Source: a virus. From it: a stretch of 64,000 bases of DNA. The position numbers were made by a program, and so were the translations under genes. Positions 54,352 to 63,746 of this stretch are shown here, one piece after another (within the stretch, counting starts at the first letter, position 1; every line of letters begins with the position of its first letter). The stretch lies in IMG/VR virus record IMGVR_UViG_3300028800_000002, positions 96,001 to 160,000 of that record; one strand, written 5' to 3'. The notes under the pieces are model-generated. The model was not told the DNA's origin, ran no database searches, and saw only the letters and a program-made list of their open reading frames with translations.

Positions 54352-57300
54352 GTGCCACTCAACAGCTCACAAATTGCGCAGCTCAACGACAGTTTTCAGC
54401 AACAGTACTTGACGCAGCAGCGCATCTCCTCTGGCATCCAACCACAAGGCTACAACTTTGGAGGGATGAACACTGGAGCTCAGAACGAGGGTATGGCTGG
54501 TCGCGCCCTCAACACAGCTACCGCCATCGGAATCCCGGCAGCCACATTGGGCATGGGACTTATGGGGTTGGACCCGATCTCGATGGGGATTAGATCGGGC
54601 ATGGCCGCCGGAAGCATGGGAGGCATGGGCGCTGGACTCGCGGTTGGTGCCGGTGTCGCAGGCATGGGCATGCTCGGTGTGGGTGCTGTCGGTTACATGG
54701 GCAATCAGATGATGCATGGCGCCCAGCAGACGCAGCAGTTCAACCAAGGCATGCGCTCGAGCTTCTCGTTCGCTAATCCCTATGGGCAGCACGGTCGCGG
54801 GTTTGCCGAGAGTGACATTCGAGAAATCGGCGGATCCATGCGCGGCATGGCTGGCGGACAGTCTGGTGGGCAATTCGGTGGCACCATGGATCAGTTCCAG
54901 TTGGGGCCAAGCTTTGCTGAGCTCGGGCGCTTGGCGGCAAACATGGGTCGAATGGGGCTCGCCGACGGCGTGCGTAACGCCAAGGAGTTCACCGAGAAGT
55001 TCCGGGAGATGATGAAGTCGGTCAAGTCCATCGCCGAGGACATGGGCTCTACCCTCGAGGAAGCTCAAAAGACGATGGCTTCGATGAAGGGCTCAGGCAT
55101 CTTCAAGAACCAAACTAGTGTGAGCCACGCCATTCGTGGGGCTTCTGTTGGTGGAAACTTGGCCACCACTGAGGTCACAGGAATGATGAACATCGGCTCA
55201 CAGATCAGTCGCATGTACGGGGGAACGGGGCGCCAAGGGGCCATGGGTGGGATCAAGGCCATAGAAAACGTTGGTGCCGCAATTCAGACGGGGGTTTTGA
55301 GTGAGGAGGACATATACCAGGCAACAGGGCTGACCGGTGCCGAAGGCCGGCAGGCGATGGCGCAGCAAGGGCTCATTAGAACAGGCTCTTTTTTGAAGTC
55401 ATCAAAAGGTCGCTGGCTTGTGGCGTCTCTAGCGGGGCGTGACGGCAAGCTCGATGCTAGCTCCGTGGCCGACTTCATGTCGGGCGGCATGGGTGTAGAC
55501 GACACTCGCGGTGCGGCGCACCGAAACCTGCAAGGGGTAGGCCGTGCGAACTTCATTCGAAACGAAGGGCGCTTGCGCGGAGCGGTGATGGAGCAGTTTG
55601 GCGACATGGCACCTGCAATGGCCATGATTGGCTGGGCGCAGAAGAAGGGCATCGACATCAACTCGATGGGTGATCGAGAGATGCTGTTCATGCAACGTCA
55701 GATGGGGCTTGGCCGAGATGAAGCGGATGACTTGGTGAAGCGTGCGCGGGCCATGCCGCAGCTCATGGAGCATTTGCGTGAAGCCAAGTCTGAGGATAAG
55801 TTCTCAGTTGAGCATGGGCTGCGCGCGCAGGATTCTGGCATTGAAGGTATCAAGCGGAAGCTCGAGGCGGCTCGTGACCAAGTCAACAACAGCATGCAGA
55901 AGGTTGGTCAAGACATCCTCAACTCAACGACGGACATGGTTACTGAGTGGGCCAATAGGTTGACGGGAGTGTACGAAGAGCGGCAGATTGAGGTGCAAGA
56001 CATCAAGAAGTCTTTGCTCTTGGGAGGTTCCGCAGGGAAGTCTGCTGTTTCTATGTTGACGGGAGGCAACCTCGGGAAGCCTCTCGGCGGTGGTGGGCCC
56101 CATGAAGACATCGGGCAGCGTGCGCTCGTGAGCAAGATGCAGGGATACCAATTCGCCACCCGCATGGCTGATTCGAGATCCTTGAGCGCAGAGGCTGGCA
56201 GCCTAGTGGATTCCAAGCAGTCGAAGATTCTTGAGGTATACGCGAACGGTGCAGCCTCTGCTAGGGGCGAAGATCGACTGCACCAATTGAAGGAGGCGTT
56301 CAAAGACGATCTCGAGATGTCCATGTTCCTACGCCAGGGCAAGCATGACGACCAATTGGTTCGAGTTCAGCAAATGGAATCTCGAGTAAAGCTCCCGGCA
56401 GAGATGAGGCTCAGCGAGTCTTTTGACATACCCAAGCTTCCCGAACTTGTGGGAGGTGGGGATGAGCATTCGAATGCCCGCGCCAGAGAGAAGCTTGGGC
56501 ATGGCCTATTGGCTACGTCGACAGCGGATGAGCGCATGGCTCAGGCGGCCAAGCGTAGTTCTGCAATCGCCATGGCCGGTGGCGGCATGGCCTCTGGGAT
56601 GACCCCTGGTGGCGCGGGTATTGGTGAATGGATCGCAGACAAGTTCTTCAACAGGGCAAGTGATGCGCAAGCACAAGTGGCTGGCGCTCTGTTCGATAAA
56701 TCTGAGACTCGCGAGTTGGCCTTCGGAGTCTTGACCGGCGGAGAAGGGGCTAACGATAGGATTAGCAGACGCCTCATTGACTTATCAGGCAAGACGGATG
56801 ACGCATCTGTCGGCGAATCAGGATCTCTTCGCGCAATACAGCATGCGAGTTCCGTAATGGGGATTGCGCGAGAGCGAGGAGGCGTCAACAAGTTGACGGA
56901 TGCGGATTGGGAGCAATTAGCCAAGAAGTCCAATATGTCGGTGGACTCCATGAAGTCTCAATTCAATACTGTGCGCGGCGGCGCGGCTCAGTGGCAAAAG
57001 GAAGCACAACAGAAAATCGCTGAGCAGATTACGCGCACAACCCGTGACGAGGGAGAGTTCATTCAGGCTGGTGGTATTGCCAACTACAAGAATGGCGTGT
57101 TCAGCTTGACTGACACCTCGGAGAAGGCACTGATGAAGAAGGGCGGGAAGAGCGCGGTGCAGGCCGCCCGCCTTGCCATGGCAGCGCAATCGGCCGCAGC
57201 GCACCTTGGGCCAGATGGTGACGGAATCTCTGCTATGGAGGCGGCTAATAGTGACTTCATGAAGGCCATGTCCGGCCTGAGCACAAGCGAGATGAAGGCA

Positions 57301-57813
57301 GTTGCCTCAACCTTGGCCGGCACATCGCGAGGTGGGATTGCTTCCGAGGCTGTTATCCGTGGTGCTGGCATTGATGCCAGTAAGGGCAAGAGGGGTATCG
57401 GCGGAGCTTTTGCCGGCACGATGGGTATGGACCTATCTCCCGAGGAAATGGCTCAACTGAAGGGGGCGAGCGCGGGTAGCGCCGCCAAGATGCTGGCCTC
57501 CAAGCTTGGTCTTAGCGATGACAACAAGTTGGTCGAAGGGCTAACTGCTTCTATGACTGCCGCCACAAAGAAAGGCGGTGGAGCTGCCGGTAGTCTTCTA
57601 CTCAGTCAGACGTTGCAGAACGATCCGGAGGCGCGCAAGAAGCTTGAAGACTTGGCTAAGGGTAAGGGATCTCCCGAGGACAAGATTGTCGACAAGCTCA
57701 ATGAGAGTAACCTTCACTTAGCTGTGTTGGCTAAGGCTGCAGATCGCGACGGTAAGATTTTGGCAGGCATCCAAAGCAACACCAAAGACGTAAAGAAGGA
57801 TGGGGAGAAGTAA
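54352..57813 (+). CDS. Tail tape measure protein
   Basis: 1153 aa Gly/Ala/Met-rich helical protein; N-terminal hydrophobic Gly-rich block; precedes tube-initiator and hub genes. Confidence 0.75.
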   Translation: MPLNSSQIAQLNDSFQQQYLTQQRISSGIQPQGYNFGGMNTGAQNEGMAGRALNTATAIGIPAATLGMGLMGLDPISMGIRSGMAAGSMGGMGAGLAVGAGVAGMGMLGVGAVGYMGNQMMHGAQQTQQFNQGMRSSFSFANPYGQHGRGFAESDIREIGGSMRGMAGGQSGGQFGGTMDQFQLGPSFAELGRLAANMGRMGLADGVRNAKEFTEKFREMMKSVKSIAEDMGSTLEEAQKTMASMKGSGIFKNQTSVSHAIRGASVGGNLATTEVTGMMNIGSQISRMYGGTGRQGAMGGIKAIENVGAAIQTGVLSEEDIYQATGLTGAEGRQAMAQQGLIRTGSFLKSSKGRWLVASLAGRDGKLDASSVADFMSGGMGVDDTRGAAHRNLQGVGRANFIRNEGRLRGAVMEQFGDMAPAMAMIGWAQKKGIDINSMGDREMLFMQRQMGLGRDEADDLVKRARAMPQLMEHLREAKSEDKFSVEHGLRAQDSGIEGIKRKLEAARDQVNNSMQKVGQDILNSTTDMVTEWANRLTGVYEERQIEVQDIKKSLLLGGSAGKSAVSMLTGGNLGKPLGGGGPHEDIGQRALVSKMQGYQFATRMADSRSLSAEAGSLVDSKQSKILEVYANGAASARGEDRLHQLKEAFKDDLEMSMFLRQGKHDDQLVRVQQMESRVKLPAEMRLSESFDIPKLPELVGGGDEHSNARAREKLGHGLLATSTADERMAQAAKRSSAIAMAGGGMASGMTPGGAGIGEWIADKFFNRASDAQAQVAGALFDKSETRELAFGVLTGGEGANDRISRRLIDLSGKTDDASVGESGSLRAIQHASSVMGIARERGGVNKLTDADWEQLAKKSNMSVDSMKSQFNTVRGGAAQWQKEAQQKIAEQITRTTRDEGEFIQAGGIANYKNGVFSLTDTSEKALMKKGGKSAVQAARLAMAAQSAAAHLGPDGDGISAMEAANSDFMKAMSGLSTSEMKAVASTLAGTSRGGIASEAVIRGAGIDASKGKRGIGGAFAGTMGMDLSPEEMAQLKGASAGSAAKMLASKLGLSDDNKLVEGLTASMTAATKKGGGAAGSLLLSQTLQNDPEARKKLEDLAKGKGSPEDKIVDKLNESNLHLAVLAKAADRDGKILAGIQSNTKDVKKDGEK

Positions 57814-57818
57814 GTACA

Positions 57819-58088
57819 ATGGCGAGCTCTCTTCTGTACCAGGCCAGCAGTATCATGCGCGTCCCGCCAGGCTGCGGGTTGTGTGACCGTGTTGAGATTC
57901 CAGTCTCATTACGTAAGGGTGGGAGGATTTACCGTTTCGTTCTTCGAGACAAGGTAGTTCCCGAGGATTTGCTCATCGTCATGATGAAGGCCGCGGCTTT
58001 TGCCATTTCACAAGGGGAGTCCTACTCAGGAACTCCACCAGCACGGCAGCTGCTGGATTTTCTCATCAAGCAGAATGTGGTGATTTAG
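57819..58088 (+). CDS. Small hypothetical protein
   Basis: 89 aa, 5 nt after the TMP stop. Confidence 0.6.
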   Translation: MASSLLYQASSIMRVPPGCGLCDRVEIPVSLRKGGRIYRFVLRDKVVPEDLLIVMMKAAAFAISQGESYSGTPPARQLLDFLIKQNVVI

Positions 58089-58094
58089 CTAGTA

Positions 58095-58188
58095 CAACAC
58101 TGAGCTAAGTTTGGGGCACGACCCCGTCGGGCCGTGCTGTGCGCCATTTAGCTTCATGCAGCCCGTCAGCTTACTTATGTGCTCCCAT
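58095..58188 (-). ncRNA. Predicted small hairpin RNA
   Basis: Class-1 promoter upstream; GCACGGCCC-gacg-GGGTCGTGC 9-bp stem inside a TGA(A)GCTAA/TTAGCTCA stem; G-U on minus, A-C mismatch on plus. Confidence 0.4.
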
Positions 58189-58194
58189 GTGAAT

Positions 58195-58222
58195 CTTATC
58201 CCAGGACAACTGGGAAAATTTC
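58195..58222 (-). promoter_or_regulatory. Class-1 bipartite promoter
   Basis: GAAATTTTCCCAGTTGTCCTGGGATAAG. Confidence 0.65.
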
Positions 58223-58232
58223 AAGTTTAGAG

Positions 58233-58238
58233 TAAGAT
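58233..58238 (+). promoter_or_regulatory. Class-2 -10 (leaderless) promoter
   Basis: TAAGAT, 6 nt, GTG 58245. Confidence 0.45.
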
Positions 58239-58244
58239 GATCCG

Positions 58245-60179
58245 GTGGCAGTCTTCATCGAGCTCACAACCGATCCGTTCGAGGCAAATTACAACAGGCT
58301 CAAGAGCAGCAACGACCCAGCGCTTTCGCGCAGCGGCAGAGCTGGACTCTCCAATGTAAGGCGCCCGCTACGCGGCATGGAGATCAAGGAGGACACCTAT
58401 GCCGCTCTGAAGGTCATACGCTCTGACGGAACTGAGGTTCCTTTCCTCGATTCAAGTGCGGCATCTGGCCAATCCACATCGTACTCAAACTTCATTCTCC
58501 AATCGGTGACCGAGGCCCGCATGGAGAAGCACCAGATTATTGAGACCTTCGGTGACGCCTACATTTACTTCTTCGGAGAGTCACCGCGCTTCCTTGAAGT
58601 GCAAGCTATTCTACTGAACAGCAACGACTTCAATTGGCAGGCAGAATGGTGGGCTAACTGGGATCAAACCCTGCGTGGTTCGAAGTCCGTTGAGAATGGC
58701 GCGCGTACGTACATGTTCTACGACGATAACGTCGTCGAGGGTTACATGCTAATGGCGCAGGCGGCCACGGTGAGTACCGAGCCATTCCTAGTGCAACTGA
58801 GCTGGCGCATGTTTATTTCAAGCTACAGGAACGTATCCTTCGTGGGAGATCCCAGCTTCCCAGTTCCGGAGTCCATTTACTTGCCACCGGATGTTTCTCT
58901 CACTAGTGGAGATGCTTTCAGCAAATTGAACCCCCTGTACCCCGACGGTATTGATGCCGGAGACGACAGTACATGGGCGGATGACGTTGAGAACAATTCC
59001 ACGGGAGGCTTCGGCACCCCTGGAAGATTGACGAGTCTGCTGGCTCGAGGTACGCATTCTGTTGCATTCCCCGTTTCAGTTCAGGCGTACATCGACGACC
59101 TGCGCGCAGCGGGTCAAGATGATCAACTCTTGGGCTTGTACCAAGACCATCCATTGCGCGGAATGATTTCCGATAACACGGATGAATACACGGGGTCAGG
59201 GACGACTAGCGTTACAAACAGCGACATGCCTGATTCATTAGATCCCTTGATTCGAGATCAACTTGAGGTAGATGACCTCTTCCAAGAGGCTATCAATTGG
59301 ATGGGTTGCTTCGGCGCGAACATCAACAGCTATCAAGCCTTGAGTGGCTTAGGAATGGGAGTCAGTTTTGGAGCAGGTAGTGGTATTGGTGTTGGCTTTG
59401 GCGCTAGTATTTCTGCTGGCATTGGGGCAGGGGCCACGTTTGGAGCGACACCCAGGAGTGGTGTTGGCTTCGGCGGTAGTGTTGGGCGCGGCTTTGGTTT
59501 TGGCGCTGGCTCCTCTGGATCCGGATTCTCCGCAGGCTCTTATGCTGGATCTGGCGCGTTCGGATCCCAAGGTTCCAGTGCTGGACTGTCGGCAAATGGC
59601 TTTAGTTCTGGAAACTCACCCTCTTCTAATTTCTCAGCTGGAGTCCTTGCCTCCATGCAGGGAGACGTCCTATTCAGTTCCGGATCGGCCACGTCTGGTT
59701 CTACTTCCGGGGTTGATACTGGGTATGGTGATCCCGTTTACGGATACGGAAGTCCTTATGGTGGACCGGGATACGGGCAGGCTGGCTACGGTGACTATGG
59801 AGGTCTTGGCTTTGGCTCCAGTCTTGGTGCTTCCGGAGACCCGGGTTACATGGCCCCGTCAAATCTCACCTTTGCTGGGGAAGAGAACCAGAGCAGTGAT
59901 TTGGACCGATTGCTCGCCACAAAGCCAGGCTTTGGATCTGGGCTCGGAGGGATCGGGGTTGGAAACAGTTACGCAGGGTCAGGCGGTGGTGCCTCTGTGT
60001 CTGTAGGAGGCGCCATTAGCGCGTTCTCTATTTTTGCAGCTCCAGGCAATTTGGTTCCCGACGGCAACGCGTTGACTGCCACAGGGCGTCGCACTGGGTT
60101 TACTTCTACCAATCCTTACAACATCCCATGCCTTGGGCAGACGAATGCCACTGGCATTGATCTGTTGAGTTTACTTTGA
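58245..60179 (+). CDS. Tail tube initiator / baseplate protein with long Gly/Ser-rich C-terminal region
   Basis: FILQSVTEARMEKHQIIETFG..FFGESPR..VEGYM tube-like fold; between TMP and hub genes. Confidence 0.65.
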   Translation: MAVFIELTTDPFEANYNRLKSSNDPALSRSGRAGLSNVRRPLRGMEIKEDTYAALKVIRSDGTEVPFLDSSAASGQSTSYSNFILQSVTEARMEKHQIIETFGDAYIYFFGESPRFLEVQAILLNSNDFNWQAEWWANWDQTLRGSKSVENGARTYMFYDDNVVEGYMLMAQAATVSTEPFLVQLSWRMFISSYRNVSFVGDPSFPVPESIYLPPDVSLTSGDAFSKLNPLYPDGIDAGDDSTWADDVENNSTGGFGTPGRLTSLLARGTHSVAFPVSVQAYIDDLRAAGQDDQLLGLYQDHPLRGMISDNTDEYTGSGTTSVTNSDMPDSLDPLIRDQLEVDDLFQEAINWMGCFGANINSYQALSGLGMGVSFGAGSGIGVGFGASISAGIGAGATFGATPRSGVGFGGSVGRGFGFGAGSSGSGFSAGSYAGSGAFGSQGSSAGLSANGFSSGNSPSSNFSAGVLASMQGDVLFSSGSATSGSTSGVDTGYGDPVYGYGSPYGGPGYGQAGYGDYGGLGFGSSLGASGDPGYMAPSNLTFAGEENQSSDLDRLLATKPGFGSGLGGIGVGNSYAGSGGGASVSVGGAISAFSIFAAPGNLVPDGNALTATGRRTGFTSTNPYNIPCLGQTNATGIDLLSLL

Positions 60180-60180
60180 C

Positions 60181-63100
60181 ATGACTGCCCACGCGATACG
60201 GTTGAAGCTTAGAATGTTTCTCGAAGGGGTAGAAGTCCCCATCGTAGGGATTCAAATTCAGTGCTTACCGAACGCGCCACTGATGGCCGCGATTCAAGTG
60301 CCTCCAGTACCGGAGGGGACTCGCTTGAAGCCGCGCACATTGGTGCATGTATTTTTTCTAGACCCGTACGAGGAAGAAAGCCCTCTGCTGTCAGGGACGC
60401 AGTCAAGCGCTGCATCGAATCGCATGGACCCTTCTGCGTACCAGAAAACCATGAACCAGGCTGAGGTAGAGGTGTCTGGCAGTGCCTTGGCGGCTGTCGA
60501 TGACTACACCAGGTACAAGCTCATTTTTGGTGGAGAAATACTTGGGTTTGAGTGGTCGAAGGATCAAGCGCAGCGAGCCTTGATTCTACAATGTGCTGAC
60601 TGGTCCAACTACTGGGATTACGCGTACCAGTGGAACAACACTGATCTGTTTGGCCCTGGCATCAAAGCCTTGTTCTCTGGTGGATCGACAAACTTATTCA
60701 CAGACTTTCTGTCGAGCCCGGCGGAGGTCATTACAACGATATTGCGCACCCCTTCGATATCGTTTCCCAAGTTGAAGGGGCTTGCCGGTGGCATCATCCA
60801 TCTTCTCGAGTCCATAGGTGGCTCGTACTACTACGACAAGAAGATTGCCGGGCAGAACATTTTCTTCACGCTTGCAGAGTTGCGGCTGCACGTGAATCAA
60901 ATGATCATGGCAATCGAGGATGATCCCACCACCGCGCGCCTTTTGGCGTTGCAGGGCTACACCAGCATGATGAGCCGCATGCTAGGAGGCATGGGTGGGC
61001 AGACATCGATTCGTCAGAGCATCACAGCACTACAAGGGGTGATTTTCCACGAGACCTACGCACAGCCATGCCCCAAATACATACCGGGCCTTGATGGAAC
61101 TGTTAGCGGTCAGTCTCGCAAGAGGCTTGACCAAGATCCAAGCACTGTGTTCATCTCTAGAAATGCAACGGCAGTATCGGCGGAGCTTTCCTCCGTTGTG
61201 CAGCAACTGCATGTGGCAGACAATAGGCCTGATGTTTCACTGTTCTCCACCTCTGGTACCGTTCAAGCGAGCTTGCGCAGCCAGCTGGTAATTCGACTAC
61301 GACGTCAGCAGCAATTCTTGAACAGCACCATTATGCAGTTGCGAAAGGTGCGCCCCGCGGTGCCTTCTGCTGGCTCCATGCTGAACACTGCTGTACAGAA
61401 GGTAGGGATAGCTGCGACGAAGACTGCCCAATGGAACGTGAATAACGCGAGTTCAATCGCAGCAATTGAGACTCCGTTGAAGGATGCCATTTCTAATTTG
61501 GACAGAGTCGCCAAGTTGACCGTGGTGACCAGTTCCGCGAAGAACAGGCAACCTGCACGTCTTGCCCAGCAGATATTACGCCCTGACGTGTGGTTCAGCG
61601 CTCCCCCGCGCTGTAACGTCTGGTTTCCAGAGCACTACAACCACCTCAGCTACCGTCGTACGTTCATGGAGGAGCCTACTCGTCTCTTGCTGAAAACTAA
61701 CGATGAGTTCTTTGGTGAGGATGAGCTATTCGACAGATTTTACTTTGCCCCCAAGACCTCGAGCGTGAAGAAGAGCAAAGTCAATCTGCAGGCGCTATTG
61801 ACTAATGACCTTCTCGATCACGAGTTGTTCACTGGCATTCTTCCCGTGTTCGAGAAGATGGGGGAGCTCAACATTTTTGCTGCGCGGGGTGGCGTGGTCA
61901 ACGATAGAGTCCCACAGGTTGGGCTCGCTCAACGTTCTGCCAACTTCTTGTACTTCAAGTATCGATTCGCTGCACGACAAATGACCGTCAGTGGGCGGTT
62001 CAATCCGTATATTGCCGTGGGGTTCCCAGGGCTAATAATTGACAAGTACGTCGACGTCGATACCCTCAATTTGTACAACGATTTACTGAAGAAGTCTGGA
62101 CAGTCTACGCGAGACATCAACAAGCTGCTAGGCACCGCGTTTTTAGGGAACTTCACGCAAGTCACGTTCAATGTGAATCAGAACAGTGGCTCAATGGATG
62201 TTGTACTCAGCTACCCGCGGCAGCCTGATGAGGGAGTTGAGTACCTAGGTGCCACTGACAAGACAGAAACTACAATTAGCCGTCGCTTCAACGAGGACGC
62301 CGTACGAGCAACGGATGTCGCATGTATCGGGCAACCGTCTGTGGAATCCTTGGGCCCCAACTTGGGAAGGATAACCAACGTTGAGGATGTGTCCGCGTTG
62401 TATCGAGGACAGAATGGTGCACCTAGTGGGAAGGCATTATTGCTATTCACCGCCCAGTCTGGCAAAAAGCCCAGGTCCCCGGCAAGTCGCAAAAGTTCCA
62501 AGGTCCCCGTGGGCACTGAGGTTGACGCGCGGGACTTGGACAAGGATACACTCAAAGAGCTAGGTTTATTACCCAGTTCGGATGGCAACGCAGCTTCCAC
62601 GCAGACAGCTTCGTTCTTCACGCAGCCAAGACCTGTAACCATTCGAGCGTATCGTCTGCAGGAGGAAGTACCTCGCTTTTACCAAGAGGTGGTGGACCTG
62701 CCCGCCGAGGAATACATTCGACCAGGATGGTACGGGGACATCTGGCACCCAGCGAAAATTGGGCAGGCTTACGATACATTCTTCTCCACGGGCGCCATCA
62801 CTGACCCGCACACCATCTCTGACTCGAACGCAGCCAATGAAGCATTGGCGACGTCGAGCGAGACGGATGACCCCAACGATCCTAGAAGCACTGCTGCAGT
62901 GGCATACCAACTTGCTGCAGGAGCCTCCATTGAGCAGGCGGTGGCCTATCTGCAGGCTACCTACAGTCACATCAAGCAGTCGGGCTTGGACATTGAGCAG
63001 TTCATCCGTGCCTACACCTGGCGCCCCATTGCCTCGATGATAGACATGTTTGGTACAACAGACCTTCAGCTCAGCCCTGATGGGCATAATGTGCTGCAGG

Positions 63101-63297
63101 GGATTGAGGGGTTTCACTCGCGTGCCTTTGGCCCTTACGGAGATCTGTTTGGTTTGGTAACTGCCGAGCTCGAGGAGGTCGTGGGGCTTCGCCGCGGGAC
63201 CACTGCCGCGCAAAAGGGCGACACACGAAAGGTGAAACAGGACGCCGTGAAGGACTATTTGGCTGGGCTAGGTATTGGCCGCGCAATTATTGGCTAG
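60181..63297 (+). CDS. Baseplate hub protein (gp27/gpD-like, large)
   Basis: LRMFLEGVEVP..IFGGEILGFEWSK..LQCADWSNYWD; RQMTVSGRFNPYIAVGFPGLII. Confidence 0.65.
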   Translation: MTAHAIRLKLRMFLEGVEVPIVGIQIQCLPNAPLMAAIQVPPVPEGTRLKPRTLVHVFFLDPYEEESPLLSGTQSSAASNRMDPSAYQKTMNQAEVEVSGSALAAVDDYTRYKLIFGGEILGFEWSKDQAQRALILQCADWSNYWDYAYQWNNTDLFGPGIKALFSGGSTNLFTDFLSSPAEVITTILRTPSISFPKLKGLAGGIIHLLESIGGSYYYDKKIAGQNIFFTLAELRLHVNQMIMAIEDDPTTARLLALQGYTSMMSRMLGGMGGQTSIRQSITALQGVIFHETYAQPCPKYIPGLDGTVSGQSRKRLDQDPSTVFISRNATAVSAELSSVVQQLHVADNRPDVSLFSTSGTVQASLRSQLVIRLRRQQQFLNSTIMQLRKVRPAVPSAGSMLNTAVQKVGIAATKTAQWNVNNASSIAAIETPLKDAISNLDRVAKLTVVTSSAKNRQPARLAQQILRPDVWFSAPPRCNVWFPEHYNHLSYRRTFMEEPTRLLLKTNDEFFGEDELFDRFYFAPKTSSVKKSKVNLQALLTNDLLDHELFTGILPVFEKMGELNIFAARGGVVNDRVPQVGLAQRSANFLYFKYRFAARQMTVSGRFNPYIAVGFPGLIIDKYVDVDTLNLYNDLLKKSGQSTRDINKLLGTAFLGNFTQVTFNVNQNSGSMDVVLSYPRQPDEGVEYLGATDKTETTISRRFNEDAVRATDVACIGQPSVESLGPNLGRITNVEDVSALYRGQNGAPSGKALLLFTAQSGKKPRSPASRKSSKVPVGTEVDARDLDKDTLKELGLLPSSDGNAASTQTASFFTQPRPVTIRAYRLQEEVPRFYQEVVDLPAEEYIRPGWYGDIWHPAKIGQAYDTFFSTGAITDPHTISDSNAANEALATSSETDDPNDPRSTAAVAYQLAAGASIEQAVAYLQATYSHIKQSGLDIEQFIRAYTWRPIASMIDMFGTTDLQLSPDGHNVLQGIEGFHSRAFGPYGDLFGLVTAELEEVVGLRRGTTAAQKGDTRKVKQDAVKDYLAGLGIGRAIIG

Positions 63298-63317
63298 TTC
63301 TGTTAGAACAGGCCTTG

Positions 63318-63326
63318 TGGTAAAAC
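63318..63326 (+). promoter_or_regulatory. Class-2 extended -10 (leaderless) promoter
   Basis: TG-G-TAAAAC, 7 nt, ATG 63334. Confidence 0.55.
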
Positions 63327-63333
63327 AGTAGGC

Positions 63334-63705
63334 ATGATGCACGAGGTCATGTACGCCGCTTTTAGGGATGAACTAACCAAATTAGCCGCCCCTGGAACCA
63401 ACTTCAGTGAGACTTTGGCGAACATGGCACGGCAGACAGTTCGGGCACCTGCTGCCAAAGGTGCCGTGCAGAAACTCACAGCCCCTGCAGCACAGAGTTC
63501 CTCACGATTGATGTCTTTCAAGAACAATATTGGGGCGAGATCCACTATGCTGCCACCGAGTGGCGGGGCCGCTGCTGCGCCTGCACCATACATCCCACTG
63601 CACTCAAATTCCCCGGTGCATCACTCAGAGCTCTCTGCAACAATGCGTCCACAAGCTATGGGAACTGCGGCTACATTGCGTCCTGCCCCCGCCTTGGCCG
63701 GCTAG
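63334..63705 (+). CDS. Small putative internal head protein with N-terminal FxDELxKxA motif
   Basis: YAAFRDELTKLAA. Confidence 0.65.
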   Translation: MMHEVMYAAFRDELTKLAAPGTNFSETLANMARQTVRAPAAKGAVQKLTAPAAQSSSRLMSFKNNIGARSTMLPPSGGAAAAPAPYIPLHSNSPVHHSELSATMRPQAMGTAATLRPAPALAG

Positions 63706-63730
63706 GACATTCCGCTTTAGCTTTCGTCCG

Positions 63731-63739
63731 TGGTAAAAC
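63731..63739 (+). promoter_or_regulatory. Class-2 extended -10 (leaderless) promoter
   Basis: TG-G-TAAAAC, 7 nt, ATG 63747; GTGGTAAAAC identical to the 63317 copy. Confidence 0.55.
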
Positions 63740-63746
63740 TAAGGGT

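Noticed and set aside
26321-63297. Interpretation as an extracellular contractile injection system, tailocin or T6SS
   Set aside because: Terminase, prohead protease, major capsid protein, dNMP kinase and RNAP show a complete phage
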